Of a stretch of DNA of 64,000 nucleotides, positions 42,501-54,500 are shown one piece after another; within the stretch, counting starts at the first letter, position 1, and each line of letters begins with the position of its first letter. The position numbers and the translations under genes were made by a program. The stretch comes from Lama guanicoe (lineage: Eukaryota). The notes under the pieces were generated by a model. The model searched no databases. It saw nothing but the letters and a program-made list of their open reading frames with translations, and was not told the origin of the DNA. The stretch lies in NCBI GenBank assembly GCA_013239625.1, contig MU054096.1, positions 17,085-81,084 on the forward strand. Direction: 5' to 3'.

Positions 42501-45500
42501 CCTAACATGTTTAAAGCTGTGTTGACACCTCTCTCCTTACTTCACAAGCACACAAGGAAGTTACTTGAAATACAAACATCTGCCGTCACCCCAGGTCTAG
42601 TACCAGGGTGACCGCGAGATCCTGTCCTGCCCTGAGGCCGAGGGGGCGCTGGGGAAAGGCCCAGGGGCTCCTGGCCCTCGGGCTCAAGGTTCCCTTATTC
42701 TGTGTCAGGTGAATTTGGCAACAACACACCCAGGTGTAAATTAAGAATGAAGGTGCATTTATAACTCAATCAAAAACAGTTCTGTAACCACCTACTCATT
42801 TGAATTCCCACGACTGCTAGTCACTTTGCAAGAGTTCTAAGTACAGAACACAAGAATACTGTATACATTATCACTAATTATGGTAGGACATTTTATACAT
42901 ATGAAAATAAACGTAACATTTTAAGATGACTCAAATGTTTTTTCTATCTCTGTTGAGTAAGATCCCAGGGTTAGGACCTGAAGGGGACACAAATATGTAG
43001 ACGACATTGGCTGACTGCACTGAGCTACAGGGAAGCAGAAGGCAGATATACAGACACTTGGATTTGGTAAGCGTTACAAGAAAGTTGTACAGGAGATGCC
43101 GTGACACTCCAGAGGAGGGATGTGTAACAAATCCCCTGCTGAGAGGACAAAGGAAAACTTCGTAAGGGTGGCAGCCTCTGCACGCGCTTAGAAGGATGGA
43201 CAGATTTACTGAGAAGAAATGGGCAAACAGGAAAATAAAGAGAAATCCAAGCAGGCTCAAAGGTCAGAGAAGTTACGTAGAAAGAGCAAGGCGTTCTATC
43301 ACCCTGAAAAGCAGTTCCATGACTCCACAAAGGGAATTACTGAGAGTAACAGAAAACCAGGGCGAGACCAAACTGGGGGAAGACTTGGATGTGAGCCTGA
43401 GTTTGAACTTGGCCAGGCAGACCTGATGAAAACGTGCGACCAAGGGGCTGACAGAATCAGCTGTGAGGACTTCCGTCTAGTCTTGGAACGAACTGGAGGG
43501 GAAAGGGGGGTCCCGGAAGCCCTGCGCCCAGCTGGCAGGGGCAGCGGGACGGGCAGTGGAGAGACGGGGCAGGTTCGCAAGTGGAGCAAGCAATGTCAAG
43601 ACACGAGGACCCGCAGACCTGCTGGGAGCAGGGATGGGAGGAGGAGACGGCATCGCCACCGGTGAGGCAGATGGCGGGAGGCAGGGACACAGTCAACACA
43701 GGGAAGGCGAGAGCGACAGGCTGGGTTGGAGGAGCCTCAGGCTCAGACAGGCTAAGCTGCTGGTGGTCTGTCCAAGCGAGAAAAGGCCAGCAGGCCGTGA
43801 AAAGTGAGACGAGGGCAGAAGACTGAAAGCTGGCATCGTTGACAGGAAGATTTAAATTTGAAGCTTGGAAGGGAGAAGACACCAGGGAGAGAATAATGTT
43901 TAAATGAGGGGTCATGGTCATTTTCAAATGTTTACCTTGGCAAAAATACATGTATCCAGTAGTCAATGTGGACAGTATGGAACCAAGTCCATGTTTCCCA
44001 AACCATGCCCTGGGAATAATCATTTTATTCCGGGCACTGGCTGGTACTAGGCATTATATCAGGAAAAAAAAAGATAGTTGATGCCAAGAGCCTGGAAGAC
44101 AGGAGAGAAGATGACAAAGAAAAGAACTTTGAGGGAGGTTAACACTGAGGAAGGCAGGATTAAGAAGGAGTAGGTAAATACTACAGAAAAGCACAAAACG
44201 ATGAGGCTCTCGGGATCAGTGAAGGCAAAGAGAAAGCGTGATAAAAGGTGTGGGCGCTATAGAGAGGCTGGGAGTGAACACAGGGCTGAGGTAGGGCCGC
44301 TCAGCTCCATGACTGAACGTAATGGAGTTTAGGGGCTTTTAACATCTTTCTCTTTATCTTTGATAAGCAGTGTGCTACGGTGGGTTCACTGAGACGAGGC
44401 TACTCCTTGGGATGCCCAATACACTTGCAATCTCTGAACCTACGTCTTCCTTTAATTCCAGAAGACTACGCGATCTTATCTTCCAGAGAGACCTTGGACA
44501 GAGGAGGCAGGGAAAAGTTATACAACACGTCAGTCCCCCAAAAGGGGGCTGAGTTCTAGAGATGCAGTCTGAGCTTTCAATGAAAGCAGTAATGAGGGCG
44601 AGATGACAGCTGGGTCAAGGGAAGGGCATTTTGGGGCTAAGAGGGAGTAGACAGGGAGCCACGGATACCGTAACACAGAGGAGAGATGGAAGGCCGAACC
44701 CGGGCAAGGAGGAGAGACATTTCTTCAGAAACAAGAAGGGCAGTAAAGGTGCACCGTAAGTCCAATGTTTCAAGCAACACAGAACTTAAGAGAGCTCCTG
44801 CTGGGATTGGCCTCCGTTTTGCCTGTAACATGGAAAATGTTGCAATCTGATGACAATGACAGGGGTAGGAGGCGTCTGGCTGTGAGGCTGAGATGGTTTG
44901 GAACAGCCGCCCATGGCTCCTGCGATGCTGATTCAAAAAGAGAGGAAGAGAATGCCCAGCGAAGGTGAAGCCTTGCCGACACGCGCTGGCGTAGGTTGAA
45001 GTAAAACCCAGCGTTGCTTTGTGACTTCAGCCAAAAATTCTTGGCAGCTTAAGATGTTAAACAACTGCTCTTCTTTGTGGAAAGACTGCCAGGAGGAGAG
45101 GCTCAGAGAGCATCCCCGTCTATGGAGGGACTGGAAGTCAAGGGGAGATTTGGTTAAATGCGTGTTTCGGTCATAAAAATTCCATAAACAAAGGAGGTCA
45201 CAGAATTCTTTCCTTTAGAGAGCAATCCAGTCAACTCTGTTCCAGCCCGTCAAGAACCAGATTAAGAAAGGCAGGAGTTTAGAAGATGGCCAGCAGTGGG
45301 ACACGCGCACCATCAATTTCCAGAGCAAACAGAGCATCTCTAAAGCAAGTATCTTGCTAACTTCTGTAAGTCAAAAAACTAGATCTCCTGCAAAAAACCA
45401 CCTTCCTTCATGAACACTTTTACTAATGTTATATATACAGTGTTCTTACCCAAACGGAGGCCTGCTGGGGAGCACAAGGGGGCCACTGATACTGAAGTGG

Positions 45501-48500
45501 GAAGAGCAACACAGACCGGAAGTCCCACCCACTCACCCCAGAGGTAACACCGTGGAAATACACAGGTGTTTTTGTCCCCATCAAATCACTTCTCTCTTAT
45601 TATTTTAAATAGCAGGTGAGACACCTCCCAAACATGGGAGCTACTGAGTTGTGAGAGAGAAAACAAGTTACCAAGCTCTGTTTCAAACCAAAGCCCGCCA
45701 GTTTCTTTCGTCTTTAAACAAGGGGAAAAAAAATTTTTTTTTCAACCAACCTGATAACACGGATCCCTCATGAGCAGCCTCAGACAAATTAACACTCTCA
45801 GAAAATGGAGAGACGGGGCTCGATCAACCCACTCTCTGGAAGAAGAAAAGACAGAACATGTTTGTTCACGTTTAAAGACCAGCGTGACAGTTCACGAACA
45901 ACACAAGACTGAGAGGGCGAATGAAAAACGTCTGGAGGAAGAACAGTAGCTTATCTCAAACAGTCCGCAACGGGGACCCTTATGCGGTATTCGAGGACTT
46001 GACCCATTTTAATGCCAAACACACAGAAACTTTCATTATCAATATGAAGTACAGCCCCCCCCCAAGTTATTTGGTTCCCAGGGCCCTGACTGACTCAGGG
46101 CAGCCTCTGATCAAAGGAAACAGCTAAAGGGTCCAACTTAACAAGACTTTATACCCTGGTAGCTTGATATCCATGTGAAAAAATAATACGCATCCACTAA
46201 GAGAAAATTATTTTTATTTTATTCTTAACCAGGCTTACTTACTAATGAGCTGTGAGCACCTGCAGATGCTACACAACTTCTCCAGCCTTGGGATCAGACC
46301 CAGCCCCATTATCTCAGTTTCCTCCTCTCCCTGATTTTGAACCTTGACTGGTTCGCGCTGTGTCTGACAGGTGTTGTGTATCGCTGTTTTCCTTGAAGTT
46401 TGAAAATATCCCATGACACCTCTGGGGGGTTCTCTGCGGCCCCCAGGGCACTTCAGTGCTCGTTGTAAGAAACATTGTGATGAAGCATTTTCTTAGATCA
46501 GTTTCCCCAGGAGCAGACTCTGAGATGAAGACTGGTGTGCATGTGAGTGATTAAGGACCCGCTCTTGGGGGACTCCCTGGGAGCTGGGGGGCAGAGGGGA
46601 GGAGGGGGGGCAGAGGGGAGGAGGGTGGGCAGAAGCCAAGCGGGGCCCTCTGCAGTGTGAGTTGTACCTCGTGTCAGGGGGGCAAGCACTCTGGGCTTTC
46701 CTTCACCCAGAACTGCTGTCACAGCAGAGGATGGGGGAGCAAATCCGCAGGCACCAGGGCTCTGTGCCTGCAGGAGAGGGCGGCGCTGCTGCCACTGAGC
46801 AGAAAAGCACCACGACCGAAACAGGGAGGAGCGAATAAGAGTTTGGGCAGAGCAGCAGCGTGACTACAGGCTCCACGTGGACGAACAGACAAGCACAGAG
46901 ATTCATCAGAACAGTCAGTGGAGAAGCTGAATCAGGACAGAGATGGGAGGTGTTTCTACGAACAGTCAAGCATGTAGGCAACTAATGCAACTGGGCCTAT
47001 TCAGAGAGAAAAAAAAAAAAACCACTGAACATTCTGCTTCAAATACTGGATATCTCTAATATCCAAAATGGCATCAGCAGGTTTCTGGAGAAATATTTAA
47101 CTTAAGGTATCACTGCACTGCCACTCAAGGACATACTTTCATACTAGTAACTTCAGAGAGGCTTCCTGTGCTGCGGAGGGGGGCAGACAGAGCCCCGAGG
47201 GAGGCTGGAGCCCGAGGCATCCAGAGTCTCCGTCTGATTGTTAGCACGTCTGAAATGGAACCCGTGACGCCCCCATGAGCCTCATCCTCCAGCCGATTAG
47301 ACCCAAATCTGGGGTGCTGCTCTTGCCTCCTCACTTCCCTCACATCCTTCATCCATCCCCCAACACATCCTGACGGCTCTGCCTGTAAAGCATCTCCCGA
47401 GTCCGACCACTTCTCCCCTGTCCGCTAAGGACCCTGGTTCGAGCCACCACCACCTTTTGCTAGAACTTGCAGAGCCTGACACACACTTTGTCCTCACTTC
47501 AGCCTTCTCACATCAGCCAAGGGGGTCCCTACTACACATTCCTCAGTCCTCATCCAGGCCCACAAGGCCCTGCAGGACCAGGCCTCGGGCTGCATCTCGG
47601 ACCCCATCTCCCGCCACGGCCCCTGTCCCCACACCCCCAGCCACACCAACCCCATCACATGGGTTGGCAAGGCTGTGAGCCTGGGCCTCTGCTGCTTCCC
47701 ATGAAGCAGCCTCCTGTGACTCTGCCACCCCGGAACCTCCCAAACAATTATGCAGATGTCCTCCGACGTGACATGAGGCCAGTCACAAGTAGCTGTTCTA
47801 ACCGAAGTGCATGTCACGGTGCAGAAGCGGCCAGTGCAGCAGGACTGAACTCCTGCGGTGAGGACCGGGGCTGAGCACCGCCGAGCACAGAGGTGATGGC
47901 TGTGTACGCCCCTGCATCACCTGCGGGAGGTGGGCCCTGCCAGGGCACACGTGCTTCACACTGCCCTCCCAGTTAGTCCAACACGGGCACCTGGTGCAAA
48001 TGTCAACAAAAACTTGAAACAAAATGTGTCTGCTATTCCATACACAGCTAAGAAAAACAGAGGAAGCTAACGGAAGCTGTTTCAGGCTAGAATCCACAGA
48101 ATTTCTCCCATCCTCTCCCACCTCCACAGCTGAGCTGGCTGTACGCCCAGCAAGGTTCAGACACTTTAAAGATCTGCCCCGCAGTCAAGTGGAGCATTTT
48201 CTTGAGCTGTGGTCCCAGGCCAACCTCGCCTGGCTTGTCTCATCAATCAGTCAAGGATCAATATCCTTGACCTCTAGTGGGGAATTCAGCCTTGACTCCT
48301 CCACGATCCTGAGAAATTCAACTTGGTCCCAGACCTGAACATCTCAAACCTGAGTGCACAAGGCACACCTCCCTAGGCGGCAGGATCAGCGTCTGTGGTC
48401 CCTGTCCCTGGAGGTGCCCCCCACCTACCCCACTGCACCCAAGCCACTGGCTGCTCCTTCCATCCACTAACTTAGCTCATGGGAAGGAACTTGGAAATGT

Positions 48501-51500
48501 GCTTTTCCCATAGCCTTATATTCCCAAAGAGGTTTCAGTGCTTCTTATAAATTAGAGCCCTCAGCGAGGCCTGGCTCTGCAGGCAAAGGCTGAGCAAGAT
48601 GTCCCACGAGCATCACTGGTTGAGAATTACTCCTCCTGCCACCACCAGGGCTCCTGGGAGGAGCCGCCGGCCACAGCCGCCCGCCTCCAGCCCGGGCACG
48701 CTGACTGTGACCCCCGTGCCTCGGGGGCAACGCTCAGTTTCTTCTGAAAAAAAGAGGCAGGGCTCAACCCAGCCAGGCAGAACTACCCCAGGCCATGCTG
48801 GGAAGCTGCACTGGAGTTCATCCTGACTTCCTGACCTTGGGGGAAAACGATGCAGATTTGAAGGACATTCTGAATTTAAAACGATCACCTGTGGGAACCC
48901 TGGCAAGTCAGAGGTGGTTATTTGGAGGCTCCCGTTACAGAGAGAACACCTTTCATCCTGTAAGTAGGGAGCGGGCGCATGACCGGTTTCCCCTGCAGGT
49001 GCTGGGTCAGCTAAAGATAGCGTGGAGCATGCCGAGTGCGGCACAGACACCACATCCCAAAGACCTAACAGGAATAACCATCCAGTTACAACAGCTGCTG
49101 GCGACCTCCTGAGGTTAATCCGGCTCCTCTTCGTTATTTAAGGGGCGAAGCCACGGGACATACTAAGAGTCGACTCATGCTGCAAATATGTGTGCACTTG
49201 GGATTTTTCCTGTTCAGTAGATACAATCTGCATGAGGAAATCCATGACCTTCCCAATGTTTTTTCATATTAAAATAAATAGGAAACATTTTTTTGTTTCT
49301 CCTCCCCTCTGAAAAAAAAAAAGAATTCCACAAGTTTGTGTTCTATGTCTATGGTTCCCAGCGGGGAGGGGGGTGGGAAGGGACAGACTGGGAGTTCGAA
49401 ATTTGTAGATACTGACAAGTACATGTAGAATAGATAAACAAGATTATACTGTATAGCACAGGGAAATATATACAAGATCTTGTGAAAGCTCACAGCAAAA
49501 AAGAATGTGACAATGAATATATGTGTGTTCATGTATGACTGAAAAATTGTGCTCTACACTGGAAATTGACACAATATTGTAAACGACTATAACTCAATTT
49601 AAAAAAATTAAAATTAAAAATTAAAATTAAAAAAAGGATTTCAGAATTTTTTTTTAAACTGCTAAAGGAGTGTAAATACATGAAGAGTTCTAGAAAAGTC
49701 TCAGAGTTGAAAAGTTCTGTTTCAAGCAAATGGCATTTTTTTGTTGTTTTGCAATTTGGGGACTGTGGCCCAAAGCTATTAATATTTCTCCATGATTCTG
49801 GCCTCTGCTGCTGTGAATGTAAATAGAATTCCTGGTGTCCAAGTCCTCCGGGTCCTCCTCCATGAGCACTGAGCTCCCTTCCTGGCTCCCAGCCCTTAAC
49901 CCCCTGCAAGGACGTGGCTCACTGGGCGGAGCCCTGGTATTCAAAGGGAATGGCATGTCCTGTAAGATGATACAGCGCTGTTTGCCAAGAGCGGGGGGAC
50001 AAGGAAACACACTGAGTTTAGTGTGAGCAGAGAATTACAGAGACTAACAGTGATGGGTTATAAGGACGAGGGGCCTTTGTCTCGCAACTGTGGCCTGGAG
50101 GAGGTTGTGACTGGCCCGAGGCTGCGCACAGGTAACCGAGCTGGGTGCCTGACTCCCCAGCCAGTGCTCTCCCCATGAGTCCCCTCCATCCTCATCCTGA
50201 CCGAAAGCAAGGAACTCTTAAATACATCTGCCGTGGGGATGGGAGTGTCCAGCACAGTGAAGAGGGGTCCTCTGAGGTCGCGCTGAAAACCCCGTCTGCC
50301 GGTGGACAGTGTTTCCTGGATGACGTGTCCCAACACAGCAGCCACCCCGTGGCAGACTCGTGAGCAGGCAGGGATTTATCCCCTCCTACGACTGAACGGC
50401 TGCCACCACTTTCACAGGACTGCTCGGACACGGCTGTGTGGCCGGCCCCCACCGCCCTGGCCATGACCACCTGCCGTATCACTTGCAGTGTCGGATACCA
50501 GTTTCTGGTACCCATGTAGAAAAGAGAAGGGGAAATGGCACCACCAGAGAAAGGGCAGGCGGGGTCTCACAGTAGAAGACACCGACATGTCATGTGAGCG
50601 CTTCATGTAAATGCCAGTCACCAAGTTGCGGTCTGAATACTGAGAGTCACGTGGTCTGGGGTTAATTCCATCCAGGGGCGGATGCAAATGCCAGAGGTGA
50701 CGACCTCGTCTGTCTCTACCCAGAAAAGGCAGCATCTTCAGAGCAGGTGTTATTTGGAGTGCCCTTTTCATTACAAAACAACAGCAAAAACAGCAAACTG
50801 CCACCTTTGACTCAAAATTTAAAAAGTGGAAGAAGTCAAGCTTGTTTCAAGATAAATATGACCTTCAACTCTATAAGGCAGAGTCCTGTTTTTCTGGATA
50901 GCTGTAAAAGTAAAAGTCACATCAAAACAGACATGCACAACTTAAAAGAAGTAAGAACACACGTCAAGACGTGAATTATAAGTGAACATTACAAGAATCT
51001 TTACTGACTTGTCCTACCATTCTTAATGGGTTGTGTCATCCACTAAACCTGGCACCCTGTCAGAAGCCCCTCCAATGGCTCATGTTGGTCCCAAAAATCA
51101 GACAAGTATTCAGTAAAAAAGGACTGCTCCAGGTGTTTCTCCTACAGAGCTGATGGGTCTCAGGGATACGACCCTTCCAAATATTTACTCATCCCCTTGG
51201 GAGCCAGGCACTGTTACACACCCACGATGACCGCCTGGCCGAAACCATGCACTTGCGTTCACAGCGGTTACCTTCCGGGGGGAAGACCAACCAGCAATAC
51301 ACACAAACAAATACAAACGCACATCAGTGGTGACCAGTGAATAACAACAAAGCTGAGGGGTTTAGGGAGTCCTGGGTATGCTATTTTAGGAGAGTCAGAG
51401 AGGGGTTCCCTGATAAGATTAGCACGAACTGAAGAGTGAGTCAAGGTCAAAACAGAAGAGTTAAGTATCTAAGTTAAGTATCTCCTGAGCAGGAGTGCGC

Positions 51501-54500
51501 TGGTTTGTGCAAGGAAGCCCTCGGGGGCTGGAACAAAATGGCCAAAGACAGAGTGCAAGGAGCTGAAGCTAGAGAGATGGCGGGAGCCCATCTGCGCGGC
51601 TCTGTCCAATAGGAATAGGGGTTTTGGACTTTGATTCCGGAGTTATGGGAAGGCTTTAAGCAGAGGACTGACATGATGTGACAGATTCTGGAAAGGTCCT
51701 TTTGGATGAGCTGTTAGGAACAGCAGAGAGAGTCAAGGGTCAGAGTGTGCTTTAGGCACGTTAACTTTGAGATGCCCAGAGACATCCACCAATCAATACA
51801 TGAAACGAGAGACGAATTTCTAACAAGAGACAGCCGTGCCTGACAGTCTCCCAAAGCAAAGCTGACGAGCAGCTCAGGGAGGGGTGGACTTTCGTAAGCA
51901 GGGACATTTGGGGCCCGAGTGATGTTAGCCACGGAAAGGTGGTTCCTGGATGTGTTCCAGCTTCTTGCCTGGTTCTCAGAAGCTCCTGTACTGATGGGAA
52001 GCTGCCACTTACGGATTTGGTCACGTTTAAAGCTGATTCTGGGGCTTATGTGTGGCCAAAGAGCAAGCAGTCCTTTCCTGGAGAGGCGGGGACATTTTCA
52101 CCCCCTGCCTGTTTGACATCCAAGTGAATCAGTTTCACAAGAAGCAGTGGTGAACAGCAGAAAAGAGAGGACATGACCACTGAGGTGGCATTCTTCTGTG
52201 GTGCAGGCCTGGAAACCAGTTGTCAGTACACTCGGGTTAATGAGGAGCCAGCAATCAGCTGGGTGGATGAGTAGAGAACCAGCCGAGGCTGTGCCTCAGG
52301 ACCTTGGGCTCGTCCTCAGCCTCTCAGCTACCGCATCTATCAAATGAGGGGGACTGGATTCTGTCCTCAGGGGGCCTTCCACCTCTCACTGGATGGCATT
52401 TTTCAGTACATATACACATGTATGTGTACGTGCGTATACACAATTTAAGTTTGGCATACACTGTAAGTAGTATTTTAGGAGGAATTAAAATGTAAGGGCT
52501 AATCAAGAATCATTATTTGCTTGAGGAGGACTACATGGGATCTGAGAGTCTTTAAGCTGATTTTCTTCCTTTCTACACTTAAGGTTGTGAACAAAACAGA
52601 GACATGAAGGCAAGATTCTAAAGGATTTTACCCTGGATGAAGCAGAATACAGTTTTGTATGTGCATAATAACCTCTCACATAAGAAGCAAAAAAGTACGT
52701 AATTTTTTTTTAAAGATTGTAAGGAAACATAGCAAGAGTTAATGTAGCTATTTCTAAGAGTGGTGTAAAGGGTAAATTTCCATTTTTTAAAATAATTTTG
52801 TTTTTTTCAAATTTTGTACAGTGATCAAAAAAATTTAATGCAGAGAAATTCCACTTTATGAAGACTCTCAGCCTCCACACTCTCCAATAAAGCCAGTGTC
52901 AATGGCCTGAAATGGGAGTAAAAGGCCCAAGCCGTGTTGTCCGAGAGCTCAGGGCACAGCGGGAGGAACATGGGCCCAGGGCCATGTGGGGGCCAGAGAG
53001 CGAATAAGGCAAAGAGGTGGGGATGGCAGGCGTCAGGCAAGTATGAGCACGGGCCAAGGCTCAGAGATGAGAGAGAGAGAACAGCTGTCCAAGAAACAAC
53101 AGAGGGCTCGCCCTGACCTTGGTGAGCCACAGGAAGCACAGGGCAGGGGTGAGATGAGGCCAAGAAGGAACAAGATCTTCAGGAAATGTGTGACCCAGCT
53201 AAGGAGGTAGAGCTCCACCCTGACCATCAGAAGGTGTTTTAAGTACCTAAAGGCCCAAACCTGAGACCGTGGGGATCTCAAAGAACCCTTACTTCTGTCT
53301 CATCTGTGAGGCTGACCTGAAGACCTCTCTAGGGAGGTGTGAAGTATCTGGCAGATCTTCCCAAAGTGACCAGGCCTCTCCTTTCCTTGGAAGGAGGAAG
53401 CCTGTCTACCTGCGGAGATAAAAATCACAGAAAACGCATCTCTCCATCAATTTCATCTATTTTAAGAACTTAAGTGGGGAGGGTATAGTTCAAGCAGCAT
53501 GCATGAGGTCCTGGGTTCAATCCCCAGTGCCTTTTCTAGGAATAAATAAAAATAAATAAACCTAATTACCTCCCCCCACTAAAAAAAAATAATAGTATTT
53601 TTTAAAAAGCCAAAAAACTTAAGACAGTGAAGAGACTGCTGCTTCCTCCTCCCTTCTGGTCCTCCCCTCTCATCCCCGGTGCCAGGGTCTGGATAGCCAA
53701 GGCTGAAGATAAGGTAAGCTCAAAAGCAGAGTCACCTGCACTGCAGCCTAAGTCCCAGCGTGGACATGGACAGCAAAGGTGTGAATGGCAAACAAATAAC
53801 TATGCAGGTTCTCGGTTAGAGGCTTCTGTGAACTTCCTGGAATGCTTTCAATAACATTTTGAGCAGGATTGTGATGCTCTGGGCTCAAGCATTTCTCGAG
53901 CGCTTGTGGAGAGTATAGCTGGCTTCCCAACATAGACTTCTGACCGACTCGTTTCCAAAATATTGCAAATTTGCAGCAGATACGTCAGGAGGTGTGATGT
54001 AAAGTAATAAGGATGCCAACTTGTTCTGATCAGAAAAGTGACTGAACTTTTGGACAAAAAATGGTCATGCTTATTATTAGATCAAGTGGATTCTTTTAAA
54101 CTGAAATCAGAGAACCTGAAACATGGTGGGGGAAGAAGCAATATCCTGGCAATTCTAGGGTAATCATACCAGGAAGAGGCATTCGAGTGAATTCACTTTA
54201 AAATAACTCCATATTTCACACTAAATAGCAGGGGACAAGGTTTAATTAAAATATTATTTTAAAAAATATATTATGAAACTAAGATATATTTTATCTTAAA
54301 CAAGGTGTAAGTTATAATTGCAACTCTGCCCTAATAACTAGAACAAAGAATGGGTTCTGCTGATGTTGTCTGGCATTTGTTTTCTGACAAAATCATATCA
54401 CATGACCCAATATCCCTGAATTTACTGTTTCCTTTTGTAGCATAGAGGCTCATTTTTGCAAACATGTTAGAAAGATCCATCAATTTTTCCTAATGGCCTC

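Noticed and set aside
42931..44023. Cluster of 100-188 aa ORFs
   Set aside because: Purine-rich, probably decayed L2-like intronic sequence; low-complexity translations on both strands.
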